64,000 nt of DNA from Girardia tigrina. Its lineage: Eukaryota. Every line of letters begins with the position of its first letter. Position 1 is the stretch's first letter. The translations under genes were made by a program, and so were the position numbers. Below are positions 27,168 through 40,212 of the stretch, in pieces. The notes beneath the pieces are model-generated. The model saw only the letters and a program-made list of their open reading frames with translations, was not told the DNA's origin and made no database searches. The stretch covers positions 16,394 through 80,393 of the forward strand of contig MQRK01231351.1 of NCBI GenBank assembly GCA_001938485.1, given 5' to 3'.

Positions 27168-28475
27168 ATTAATAATCAATTCACCTGTATATAAATACAA
27201 AAATGATGATTGTGTAATCGATTGCATGAAATCATGCTAATCAAAAATTCTCAATAAGCTGGTTGAGACTGCCGATTGAACATTGATTTTAGGGCAACGT
27301 GACCTAATTGACAATGCTTCACACGACAGTCTCTCCCAATAACTGTCAAAAGGCTTACACAGAATTTTGAAATTATCAAAATTTACATTTTTTCCTATGT
27401 TCTGCAATATTACTCTTACTCTCTTTTCGACCATGTTCTTGAATTCGTTTACAGAGATGACGGGCAGTCTCTCCAATGTTGCATCGCACCCATTACATTT
27501 ATATTCATAAACAATATCAGAACAAAGTGTTAAAGGTGTAATAGATTTATTACTGAACATATTTTGAATTTTATGAGATCGTGATATAATTTTTNNNNNN
27601 NNNNNNNNNNNNNNNNNNNNNNNNNNNNNNNNNNNNNNNNNNNNAGATTTATTACTGAACATATTTTGAATTTTATGAGATCGTGATATAATTTTTAAAT
27701 TTAATTCATTGTTAGTTGCTTTTAACAATGTATTTTTAAAGTTTTTAAATCCTTCAGAATAAGTTATAATTAAACAATATTTAGGCATATTATTCATATC
27801 TAATGATCCTTCGATTTCTTTCTTAGATCCATCAGGAGAAGCCAAACTCTGATTTTTCGAAAAATCTTTCAAAAGTATTTATCTACNNNNNNNNNNNNNN
27901 NNNNNNNNNNNNNNNNNNNNNNNNNNNNNNNNNNNNTTATCTACTGTTTCCTTTATTAATTTTTCTAGAAAGGATTTAGAATAACCATTCTTATTTAACA
28001 ACGAACTTAGTTTATTAACACTTTCTACAGATTTAACAAAAGTGGATGACAACGATCAGGAGCGATAAATTAAACCTTTAATCATGTTTCTTTTATACTT
28101 AAGTTCACAAAAACTATCTGGTGAAGTATATAAACCTGTATCAGTTTGCTTCCTATAAATTCCAGTCTCGTAACNAAGAGATTTTCTTTCAACCAAAAGA
28201 TCCAGAAAAGGTAAAACTCCATTCTTTTCATTTTCAACTGTAAAAGTAACATTTGAATGTAACGAATTCATAAAATTTAAAAATGGAAGTACATCAGCCT
28301 GATTTTTAAATTTTTTTTAGGAATATATCATCAACATATCGTTTATATACTAAAGGTTGATTTCCATCAAACAGTCTCAACCAGCTTATTGAGAATTTTT
28401 GATTAGCATGATTTCATGCAACCGATTACATAATCACCATTTTTGTATTTATAAACAGGTGAATTGAATATTAAT

Positions 28476-28520
28476 TAGTGACCTGAAGATGACGGTAGAT
28501 CCGTCGAAATATATTGTCTT
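28476..28520 (+). ncRNA. Minimal type I hammerhead ribozyme in the inverted pLTR
   Basis: GAC-CTGAAGA-T-GACGG TAGAT CCGTC-GAAA-TATATT-GTC; palindromic stem III AATATATT. Confidence 0.85.
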
Positions 28521-29141
28521 AAAATATATTTTTAAATGGATGACTTTGGTTATTAAAAGAAGATTTTCATCCGGACTTCATTTTTTGATATCTTCATTAT
28601 TTGAAATAAGAAATCTGGAAACAGAGATTCAGGAAAAGGATTTTTGTTTTCTATTTTGTGTTTCTGAGAATCCTGAAAATCGCCACAAAATACGAAAGAA
28701 AATTATCGAAATAACACAATAATAATATCATAATAATAATTTTATTAATAATAAAAAGTATTGTGAGAAGAAATTCACTTGGCGGTTTTTAAAGGTTTAG
28801 CAGCAACGAATGTCATTCTTCCAGTGTTGATCATTGGTCTTTTGTAAACAGTGTTTTATTCATAACTATATTTATCATTTAATAAAAAGGCAGTTCTAAT
28901 TCTTCCGAAATACATTAGATTTTCTCTATTTTGGACAAAAGTTCTTAATTTTCCAAGAGAACATATAATGCATTATTGTTTGGAATAATTAAATGGACTA
29001 AGCTTCCCTTCATGTTATTTTTTTTGACATGAAATATCAAACAAATTATATAAAACCAGTACTTATTCTAATAATTTGATTACCTTTTTAAAATTAAATG
29101 AAAAAAAAATAAGTATGTATTACTTATGATTGTTTTATGGT

Positions 29142-29675
29142 TGTGAGGAATATTTTAAATTTGGTATGTTGAAATTGGTTTGTTGAATTTTGTATGTTGA
29201 GTTTAGTATTTGGAAATGTGTTTCTCCCACTCAGATGGAAAATTGATATTTTGGATGTTCACGATGAATAGTTATTCGAGCATAATTTGCATTTTAAAGT
29301 AGCACATAATAAATTTAAAAACTTTAAAAATATTAAATCGTTTCAAATTTTCATATTAAAATTTAAATAAAGTAAATAGTTTTAACTAAGTTTTGAATTA
29401 AATAAATGTTCTTTCTTTCCTTAAAATAATTTTTTAAATAAAATTAATATGTAAATAAAATTATTTACATATAATTTAATAAAATTTGAACTTTAAAAAT
29501 AAAATCTGAAAATAATGAAAATTTGTTCGAATAATTGTTTATTAACAAACATTAATAAAAAATTATCAATTTAGAACGATGTCGAATTACGAAAGTTTTG
29601 CTGAGAGTTGTCCAAAAGACAATTCTGATTGTATTGAAAATAAAAGTTCGAAAACCCATGTTGGCGTTCTTAATA
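29142..29675 (+). mobile_element. Solo LTR, copy 3 (diverged subfamily)
   Basis: TGTGAGGAATATTTT...GTTCTTAATA; flanks ATGGT/AAGGT (4/5 TSD match). Confidence 0.7.
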
Positions 29676-30150
29676 AAGGTAATTAATTTTATTAATTATA
29701 TGATTAACTTTGTCCAAAAGTTTTATTGTTTATCATCATTTATTGTGTCTAATCAAGATAAAATTTAAACTAATCAACAGGACAGAATTATTTTTAAGTG
29801 ATGGAAGTTCTTATAAATACTTAACTTTAAGGACGAAACCCCTAATAGGTCTAGTTAATAAGATTTGTTCATTTATTAACGGTAATATAAGAAGAAAATG
29901 GATAACTTTTAAAATTAGAAGTGTAATAAGTAAGTCGTGATATCCTAAAAGGACACCAAATCGAACCTAAAGTAACAAATGCATGATTGATGTAAAAAGG
30001 AAATAATTTGATAAAAATGATAATTAAAAATTATAAAAATGATAGAATGATTAACTTTTATTTTTAAAAAGTTTTCGTTTTTTTTTCTAAAAGTAATTTA
30101 TACATTTTAATTAATTTTGTCAATTTTTGTTGCCTAAATATCATCTTTAA

Positions 30151-30373
30151 CCCTTTCCTGGCTGAATTAAAAATCCTTAAATCATTTTCTGCAACTTTCA
30201 AATGATAAAAATAAAAGGACGGTTGACAAAATACGTGTTAAAATATTTTTTCTTTAAAAGAAAAATCTTCCTTATTCATCAGGATAAAAATTTCATTCAT
30301 ATTTTTTCCATAGATGCCTATAAAATATTAAAATGAAACATGATTCCATATGACATCAATAGTCAGGAAAGGG
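30151..30373. mobile_element. TTAA-target (piggyBac-type) MITE
   Basis: TTAA-CCCTTTCCTGGCT...AGTCAGGAAAGGG-TTAA. Confidence 0.8.
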
Positions 30374-30453
30374 TTAAGAAGATTATAATAGTAATTTTTG
30401 TATCATAATAATTTGCAATTTCATTTTTTTAATAATTAATGACAGACATATTA

Positions 30454-31689
30454 TTAGATTGTTGCAAAAGGTATGCAGGTTTTTGATTTTTTTGTATTTA
30501 CTGAAATGTTATACGACTAAAGCATGTATGATGTTATGATATTTGTCTAAAACTTATTATAATGTTTCTGTTAATAATTTCAATTTTAATTGCAGATGTC
30601 AAAACGTGATTTTTGCAACATTTACTTTTACGAGTTCAAGCTAGGGCGTAATGTAGCTCCAACCGATCGACACATCAACGAAGTTTGAGGCAAGGGAAGT
30701 GTCCACGAATATACGGTGCAGAGCTGGTATCAAAAGTTTCACTCTGGTAATACCAGCCTGGAAGATGAGTCTCATGGCACCCGCCAATCGACGATTGACA
30801 ACGATGAATCGAAGGAACTGGTGGAAGCCGATCCACGCACAACTGTTCGAGCAATCGCAAAAGAGATTAGCGTTGATCCCTTAACCGTCGCTCGGCACTT
30901 GAAGCAAATGGAAAAGTCGAAAAAGCTCGATAAGTGGGTGCCTCACGAATTGAACGAAAGTCAAAAAAATCGTTGTTTTGAGATGTTTTCCGGGCTTCTT
31001 CTGCACAACGAGAACGACCAATTTCTTGATCGGATTGTAACGTGTGATGAGAAGTGGATTTTCTATGACAATCGGCGACGTTCGGCAAAATGGTTACATT
31101 GCGATGAGGCTCTTCATCACTTTTCGAAACCGAAACTCCTCCAAAAAAGGTTATAATGACTGCTTGGTGGTCTGCAGCAGGTCTCATCTATCACAGCTGT
31201 CTGAATATGGGTGAAACGATGACCTCAGAGAAATACTGCCAACAAATTGACAAAATGCATCTCGAGCTCCGACGTATGTGCCCGAGATTGGTCAATATGA
31301 AGGGGCCAATTCTCCTCCAGGACAACGTCCGGTCACACATCGCAAAACCGACCCTACGAAAGCTAAACAAATTGGGCTACGAAACTCTGTCTCATCCACT
31401 CTACTCGCCGGACCTCTTGCCCACCGACTACCATTTTTTTAAGCATCTGGACAACTTCCTCAGAAACAATGCTTCAAAAACCAAGACGACACCAAAGACG
31501 CCTTTAACGCTTTCATGCATCCAGAACTCAGGAGTTCTACACTAGGGGTATCAATAAACTTGTTTCTTGTTGGCAAAAATGTATCGATTCTGATGATTTT
31601 TATTTCGATTAATAAAGTTCATTGTGTGCTGAGTTACATTTATTTAAAGTTTAGGTTCAAAAACCTGTATTGCTTTTGCATAAATCTAA
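30454..31689 (+). mobile_element. Near full-length cecropia-subfamily DD34D mariner with frameshifted transposase
   Basis: TA-flanked TIRs TTAGATTGTTGCAAAAG / CTTTTGCATAAATCTAA; MSKRDF..EFKLGR, WVPHEL, VTCDEKW, QDNVRSH, YSPDLLPTDYHFF. Confidence 0.95.
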
Positions 31690-32299
31690 TATTAAAAATT
31701 GTATGGTGTTATTGAATACATTATTTGATTGAATCAATTTAACGAAATAGTTTTGAGAGATTTTCACAACTCTGACTTTAAATAACCGGAATTAAATAAC
31801 TTAGTACAATTAATTCTATTATTCTCAACTTATATATAAGATTCCCCATTTGTTCTTTTTCAATAGTTTAGATGGTAAGAGACATTTTTTATCTGTTAAA
31901 TCATGTCGGACGTAGATACATAAACTTTTGAGGTGTGACTAGAAATTGTTGTTTATACCCTCCTCGTTTTTATTATTTATTAATTCATAAAAGTTGAAGA
32001 CAAAGATATTAAATTAGATATAATAAAGGCCATAATAACATATGTATACCACATACGATTGTGTTGACAATGTTAATTAATTAGATTTATGTGGGTTGTT
32101 TCTACCAAACTGTTATAAATTGTTATAACTTTTGTTGAAGTGCAAATATGTTTCTATAATTAAAAATATCTTTTATTTGACTCGTCTTTTACAAATGGCA
32201 CAAGTTTCTATTAACGAATGAATACAGAAAATTATAAAAAACATATATTTTAATTTAAGAAATTTCATGAAACTTTTACTTGGAAAAATGATTTGTTTA

Positions 32300-35000
32300 A
32301 TGACATCTTTATTGTCTTCCTATTAACCTTTTCTAAGGTGTGAATCGTCATGCCTTATTTTGAGGACGAGTCTGGATCGAGTCGAATTTTCTGATGTTAT
32401 TTTCCAAAAAGAAGTCTCCTTTTACAACTATGACTGTTTATTCTATATAAGACTTCATAACGATCTCTAGAGTAAAATAATATCCAAATCCTATCTAAAA
32501 TTGTTACTTCTGGACAATAAAATTTGCTTCCTTCGGTAAAATAATGCAAATTTCCCATTGATTGCAGAAAATTCCTTATTTATAACTACTTAATTTTTCC
32601 TTGATAATTAATAATATAACTAAAATAATATAACAGTGGAACAATACTTCTATTAAACCCCCTCTTACCGACTCTTGGTGATGTATCAGTCATCATATTT
32701 AAAAAAACCGTTAAATATGAGAAAGATGAGCTACATAACAGATTCTTTATTTTATACAAAAGTATAAAAATATTTGGAATCGATTTATCATGATCGATAG
32801 TATTAAGAATAACAACAGTAATCTGATTGAAAATATAAAAAAAAATTTGTTTGCCTAAGATGACAGGTATTCAGAAGGGCAAAGGAGGCTTTGGGAAATT
32901 TTCATTTCATTTATTTTGTTTTTCTGTATTTTTTGTATAATAAATACTACTCATCCAAAATTGTTCGCTCTAAATTTACCTCGATTCGTTTAGAGATTTT
33001 GTTCCAAATATTTGTACTTCTTCACCAACCTATGTGGTACTCATGACGCAAGAATGTTGAAGCACCTCAAAATCCTAAAGGTTATATCTGAAGCACTAAA
33101 GAAACTTTTGTTATGCATGAATTGAATATACATGAATAGTTTCTTCACGACTATAAATGTATAAGATTAGAGAGATACGAGAAGTAAAAACATACGTATG
33201 AGAGGTGTAAATTGACATAAGATAATTTATATAATTAAATATATATTTTTAAATTAGATTCAAATTATTAATTTTAGAGTATAAATATTTTTACTACCGA
33301 TAAAAACAGGATCATCAATTTATAACCCTAACTACTTCATTATAGATTTTACTAAGATTAAATTTAAAATAATTAAAAAAAGTAATATTTTTAATAACGC
33401 CTTTATCAAATTCATTCTGAATATCTGTCTTCATAAATTAATTAATAATAATTTTTTAATTAAATTAATTTACAAAAACATGTTGAAGGTTATAATCAAT
33501 AATAAATTTAAACAACCTTCTGAAGGTATTTTAAGGTTATTATTATTATTTAAAAACTTTCAAATCATGTTTGGATTGAAATAATTTTAATATTTTAATA
33601 AATCCTCTGAAAATATTGCATTACGTAAATTTAATTTAGGACTATCAAAATTCATAAAATTATCTATTATTATTATTCGGACATTTAATATGTGAGGTTA
33701 ATGTAAAATTGGGTACCTTATTGTCTCTATTTTTCCGAACGCATTTCTGGTTATATAAATCCGATTTTTGAAATCGAAAACCATAGCATTTATCGAAAAT
33801 TCGAAAATTTCTTTCCCATATAAATATAGACGATATTTATGAAAAAAGTGATCATTTTAATCTGCAACTGTAACGTTTTATTACTTTAATCTTTTCAGGT
33901 CTTTCGGGATATATGTCTCAGTTGGTGTATTTTGTGAATTTTTGTAATCTATGAACACATGTTGAAAAAATAAATTTTAAATTAAAATATAAACATTAAA
34001 AAATAATTAGATAAAATTGGTGAATTTTTCAAATAATCAAGTAATTTTTATATAAATGATGATTGTGCTAATTAAATACTTTCAACAAAGTTTAAGAGAG
34101 ACTTGTTTGAACATTAATTGGTGCATTAAGTGGTTTGATCATTAATGCTTCACAAAGAGGCGCTCTCCAAATAATTTTTAAAATTATTAAATAGTTTTTT
34201 GAAAAATCGGTTATTAGACAGGTTGAAAACCAATTTTAAAATACTATGCAGTAATTTTAAAAATTTGCTACAAAATATTAATATACCTCACATATTAAAT
34301 CTCTGAATATTAATAATAATAGATAAGTTTTTGGATTATATATATAAATATCGTAATCTCTTAATAAAATCAGTTCCAAAATACGAGTCAGTAGTTTAAT
34401 TGCCTGTGATATTTGTCCTGACAGAAAATATCGGTGTTATTAAAGTTTACGTAAAAATTTGCCCAAGGAAACGCTGAAAAAATTCTTTATGTCGGAAATC
34501 TGTTTTCTGTATTAGGTTGAAGAAAACTTGTGATTCGATTAGTTTGGTAATGAATAATCTTAGTCCATTTCGAGTTTAGCTTTCAAGGAAACCTCAGCTT
34601 CTCGATGTGAGGAACTTTATCCATTTTGAGAAGACACTTTCAAAAAATATATTTTTCTATTGTTTTTCCTGTTTCGTATTTTGTTACCCGCAACTTGACC
34701 ATCACGAGCAATTATCACAGGATGAAAACAAAGACAACAATTTCAATCATCTGAGGACAATCAAGGGTCACAAACAAACCTGAAACCATCAAACCAATCT
34801 TGGTTTTTCTACGATAATGATTCCCAATCAATCCTTAATTGTTTGATATCCATCGAGTTCCAAATCTCCAATATCATCGCATAGATCACCGACCGATGGC
34901 AATTGATTTGAACATGTATATCAATCTATTATAGCAAACTTAATGGAAAGAAAATTTGTACAGATTTAGAACCGAAGATTGTACAAATGTTGATAACTCA
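32300..35000 (-). mobile_element. Very decayed Ty3/gypsy protease-RT remnants
   Basis: KFYCPEVTIL (KC.F..P.V.FLG-like) at ~32500; DIKQLRIDW (protease end) at ~34830. Confidence 0.35.
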
Positions 35001-36095
35001 AATTAATTAAGATATTGACAATGTGAAGGTAAATAAAACTGTTTTTGTCCAGGTACTTAAGGACGAATGTTCGCGTCTTTTTACATAACCCAGCCGCTAA
35101 GTTTTATTTATTTGTTGCATGTTACTAAGCTCCATCTTCAGTAATAAATAAATGTAAGAATGAAATTTAAATGAAAAAAGAAGGTACTACACAAGAAAAA
35201 TATAGAATAAATCAAAAATTGTTATAAAATTGATCTCTTTATGTTCCCCTTATTTGATATGCGACCAGATAAGTGCAATATTTTGGATTCTTGCAGAACG
35301 CTGGGCAAAGGAAAAATTAGGATGATCGTTATACCTTGATAATGTAAGAATTTCAAGATAAAGTTTGTGTTTATACAAATTAATGGGCTGAAAATCCGAA
35401 ATCACTTGTAAACATCTATGGATCGCCTATGTATGGAGAGACATGTTCATTGAAAATATAAGGATTTCCATTTTATCTTAATGTTTTTCGCCTAATTTTG
35501 AAGAATTGATGTATATTAAAAATGATTTATTTAGTGAATCTTTTAAGGGTGTTTGAAATGATCTGTTAAAGAACAGGATTTTGATATTTAAAAGTAATAA
35601 AATCTTTCTTCTATTATTTTATATTTTACGCATAAACAAAACAATTTAGAAATTTTAAGAATAAAAACAGATTAAAATAAAAGCAAATATTTTTATAAAA
35701 AATACAAGATCAGGTAAAAATAGAAGAGTCTTTATTCGTCTTATAGTCATTATTAACATGTATTTATTATTAACTAACCGTTTTTTCTTCATTATTTCTT
35801 TGTCCTTCTTTCTTACTTGATGCTATAATAAATAATTCATTTGATGCCACGATGAAACCCGAACAAAATCGGGTTAAAAATAAAATTAAAATCACCGAAA
35901 GTGATATTTTATTATAATTTCCATAAATTTAGTGTTATTATTTGCAATGCATATCAGTGATGCTATTCGATATTATCCGTTATTTATATATCAAGATCGG
36001 CATAAATCTTTTAGAATAATTGATCAAAAATTTGTAACTTTTGGTGTTTGCCCAACAACACAGTTGAGTATATCTTTTCCTGATTATAACAGATA

Positions 36096-36402
36096 TGAGG
36101 GACTTTCCAAAAGTTCTTGGAAAGATAAAACTGAAGCCAAGAAATCATCGACAAATTTCTTAATAAAGTAACCTCGTACGCTCACGCACTTCTCCCATCG
36201 TTTCTTCAAATTCCGAATGCCCATATTGAAAAGGACTTTAGTTTTATCATAGATCTACTTTTTGACGGCTTCCAACATTTCATTGACATCAATGAAGGTT
36301 GACATCTACAAGACCACACAAACAAGGCAGCAGGTAATTTTAACACATACACGTAAAGCACAGGGATTTGACTTTTTCAATGAACTTTGTCGATGCCTCT
36401 CG
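36096..36402 (-). mobile_element. Internally deleted non-autonomous mariner
   Basis: TA-flanked TIRs TGAGGGACTTTCCAAAAGTTC / GAACTTTGTCGATGCCTCTCG; retains the C-terminal GIRNLKKRWEKCV. Confidence 0.7.
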
Positions 36403-37250
36403 TATATTAAGCATATTCATTGAATAAACGGATATGGATTTTTGTCCCACTATTGAGGGGTAGACTAAGTAGGCGGCCGACTATGGCGTAAAGTACAGGA
36501 GTTTTGTCTTTATTATGCGTATTGTCGGAGCAAATTGCGCATACCATCGGAAACATATTCTTTCAGTCGTGGAATATCGGTTATTGCTAGAGCAAATATG
36601 GTATAACGCTTTCGCTGCCTCAAGTTGAGGATTTCTTCATGCTTTTTTTTTATATTTTAACTTGTTCCTTAAATTAATACATTTTTATTTAAAGAATATA
36701 CAAAGCAAATAACGTATCAAAATGCTTTTAAAAATGTATAATATATCAAATCCAGATAAGACAAAAGGAAGTATAAAAATTTATTTAAAGGTTTTAAGTA
36801 TCTGAAAAAACTTTTGTTTCAACCTAATAATTTTAAAGATATTCTTAATTTGAAGCATATTTTATTTCTTTTTATAAAGATTTTTTTTCATAATATTATT
36901 TACAACTAATAAAAATATAATTTAAAATACCAAATTATTAGGAATAATTAGAAAAAAAATGATTACATCCTTACAAAATATCCGATTAATTTTTTGTTAT
37001 TATTTTGTTACTCCGTATTAAAAGTGATATAAACATGTATTTATGTATAATTAGTGATGCGATAAAATGATTGACAAGCAAAACTTTTATTAAAAAACTA
37101 AATAAGCAAGATCATCATAATAGAAAATAAAATTCGAAGCAGTACTTACGTATTAACGCCACCGCAGCAAATCTTCTGCTTTTGCACCAAAATTTTTTCG
37201 ATTAATCATAAAATAGAAAACTTTTTTTAAAATCAAAACAATTTCGAAAT

Positions 37251-37520
37251 TCAAAACATTTTATTTATAAAAATTACTGGAGCGGAATACGGTGTAAAAG
37301 GTGACGGCATATAATTTAAAACAGATTCAAAACAGTCTCCATTTTCTTTTATTTGATGCGGTCTCCATATGAACTCTGATAAATGAGATTCTGAGTGATG
37401 TCTCGTAGTCCCCCTATGTATCTTATTCCTCCATTTGAAACTGCCCCACATTCTCTCCATTCATTGTCTATGAACTCCTGTATCAGGATTGGCGTATTCG
37501 CAGAATGTTTACTATAGTGG
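37251..37520 (-). mobile_element. Merlin (IS1016/IS1595-like) transposase C-terminal remnant
   Basis: NPDTGVH..MERMWGSFKWRNKIHRGTTRHHSESHLSEFIWR. Confidence 0.75.
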
Positions 37521-38329
37521 TGTTAAACACTTACTGCATGATTTTTTTTATTTTAATAAAAAATATATAATATAGGGAAATAGAAATAAAGAGATAGGTA
37601 TTTTTTATTTTAAAAAAAATGATTTTTTCTTGTAGAATATCCAAACAAACAGTTTAATGAAGGGTTTAATGACATTAATTAATAAAATACAAATACATCT
37701 GTAATGAAAATTTGCTTTTAATGTTATGCTTCATTTAATTTTACCAAATAAAGAAAGGTGTATAAGTATTTGGTTCTCAAACAATAATATCATCTTTAAG
37801 AACTTGATAGATTGAACTTGTTTTAATTGACTCATCAAATCCTTTTTATATATAAATAATAATAATATTAATTATGAAATGCAAAAAAAAAGAAAAAAAA
37901 AGATCAAATATTATTTACCAATTACCATTTATAATTCGACAAATTTTCGTATTTTTAGTGGAAATCTAAAACCTCTTGAAATGAACCAACGATTTTTGAT
38001 AATATTAATTTATTAAGTCGTATTGATTAGTTCAAATAACAAAAAGTATTCCCCAAAAAAATAAAAAAAAACAGTCAAATTTTGGAAAATCCGGTTCCAA
38101 TTGTTCTGGGACATTTTCACGTTGTTTTAGATCAATTAACGTCAATCATAACAAAATTTAAAAAAAACGTTTTTTAATTATTATTAAATATATTTTATTA
38201 ATTTTTGAATCTGGGTTTTGTTTCTTGTATTCATTTTATAAGTGGTTATATAACATATGATTAAAGATAATTAGTTGTAATAATAATAATAATAATAAAT
38301 TATATCGTGATGTCCAAATAAAATCATCG

Positions 38330-38830
38330 TAACGTTTAAAACTCTCGACCTGCCTTTCAGTGGTTGCATCAAATAACTCGTCACACTCACCACACCATCA
38401 GGCATGAAGAACAGATGCCAATAAACTATTGGCGCTAGCTAGGTGTGTTGCTGTCCTCACTGTACTGTATCGGGTTAATACATAATTTTCTCTATTAATT
38501 CATGGCATTAGTGTGCTGAAACAGCTGGTGCTTAGGGTGACATTAATATAGATGTCAGTCTGTGTGACGTGTATTCCGATCATCCAACCATTGATTGGAA
38601 TACATGCAAACAAACACACACAGCTTCTGTATACACTAACGGTGTTATTAATAGCAATTATATCTGTTTTTGCTTGAACACTTGTTTGTATTTCTGGTTG
38701 TTTGTGTGCCCGGGCTCCAAGTGATCAACTACAGCAAACAGACCCACATCTCTCCCGACATTACTTTCTGATTAATGGTACGGCTGCACCAAATTACTGC
38801 TACTGTCAAATTATAATAGCATTTCGTTAT
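38330..38830 (+). ncRNA. Candidate ~500-nt multibranched structured RNA
   Basis: TGTATTCCGATCA(38570)/TGATTGGAATACA(38592), CTATTAAT/ATTAATAG, GCCAATA/TATTGGC, CACACC/GGTGTG, CACTTG/CAAGTG, TCTGTTT/AAACAGA, CAGTGGTT/AATTACTG. Confidence 0.6.
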
Positions 38831-39023
38831 GTAGTACCATATCAACTAAAATATTGAGTCAACATTTTTTTTTATTATTTGATATATTGATAATATTGAA
38901 TGAGGCGGGCCAATACTTGAACCTTGATTCCTATTCTTTGTTTTCGATGCATGATTAAATATTTATAATACTCAACAACAACAACAAAAAAAATTGACAA
39001 CAAAAAACCAACTTAATATTTTA

Positions 39024-39375
39024 GGAGTTGTGTGTTTGTAACTATTTTATGCCAATGACGTTATTTTTATTGTTTTTGTTATATGGCTGATGCTTAGTCA
39101 ACGTCTGTCACTGCCACTGGAAAGCAGCTGCTTCGACGAATAATATACTTACGTGCATTATGGTATCGTTGATTATATCACTATTATGTACCAGACTGGC
39201 ATATACTTCTGGTTTGACTGGCAGTAGTTTTCAGTTCGCTCTCTATTATTAATGAATTTATATTCTGGGTGAGACTAATGATCATTTTCTGGAAAAAAGT
39301 GTTGACTATTTATATTGGAAATATAATAGAAGTCATGGGAACGTTATTTGCATAGAATTTATATGAGAATACTCG
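39024..39375 (+). ncRNA. Candidate ~350-nt multibranched structured RNA with a long basal stem
   Basis: TATGCCAATGACGTT(39048)/AACGTTATTTGCATA(39340); ACTGCCA/TGGCAGT, TTAGTC/GACTAA, TGGTA/TACCA. Confidence 0.55.
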
Positions 39376-40073
39376 TAAGCCATTAATAAATGCTGTAGTT
39401 TGATTAGAATTATTAATTAAATCATCTGCTATAATATATTATATAGAGGTATTCGTTTTTTTACGGTTGAAAAATAACATATCCCATCTTGTATGACGTT
39501 CTTTTGATTTTCCTTTTTCTGTTGTTGAAAACTTATCGAATTGAATAATTTTCCCATTTAATTTTCGCCCAATAATATTTCTCCAATTCGAGTTTTACCA
39601 ATGAGTTGTAATATTATGATAATAATGGGGAGTTGGGGGAGGAGGATGGGGGCGGGCGGAGAGATACTACAATTTGTTTGGGCTCTTGAAACTAGTTCTA
39701 GAATTATTGTTTAATAAGTTTTCAGGATTATAATTTTATTAATTAAAATAAATTTTTAAAAAAAATCGTAATTTTTATTTTGTTAATTATTGTTTTCGGT
39801 AATTTAAAATTGTCAATGTCAGATCCAATTGAAACGGAAAAGAATGATGGTTATGTAACGATTGATATGATTGTGTCATGTAATTTTCAAAAGTTTAACA
39901 CTATTATGACTACATATGTTAAGAATAAATTCTTGGATACTTTTGTAGAAATTGTAAGAAGATTCTTCAATACATGTGGCATAAACAAGTTTTGACTACG
40001 ATTCGCGAACGTGACATCATTTTGAAGTTATAGTAATAAATTTAATAATAACAAGTACTTTTCATGACGTATA

Positions 40074-40074
<1 letters not shown>

Positions 40075-40124
<50 letters not shown>

Positions 40125-40174
40125 NNNNNNNNNNNNNNNNNNNNNNNNNNNNNNNNNNNNNNNNNNNNNNNNNN

Positions 40175-40210
<36 letters not shown>
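40075..40210. repeat. (TA)n microsatellite with internal gap (others at 41353, 43089, 48735, 62620)
   Basis: Direct observation. Confidence 0.95.

Positions 40211-40212
<2 letters not shown>

Larger units (their letters stand above)
27092..28553 (-). mobile_element. 5'-truncated Penelope-like retroelement (RT + GIY-YIG) with an inverted pLTR at the truncation point
   Basis: RYVDD (~28330), LPFLDLLV, IYRKQTDTGLY, IVYEYKCNGCDA, EALSIR..PKINVQ; 27092-27270 inverted at 28372-28553. Confidence 0.9.

Noticed and set aside
33650-34335. ~50-bp inverted repeat pair, possible MITE
   Set aside because: Termini and TSD could not be defined
38900-38916. GAGGCGGGCCAAT as a GC-box/CCAAT promoter
   Set aside because: Short motif with no adjacent TSS or first exon identified
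39345-39370. TTGCATAG miR-153-like seed in a basal stem
   Set aside because: Only the seed matches; the rest of the sequence does not
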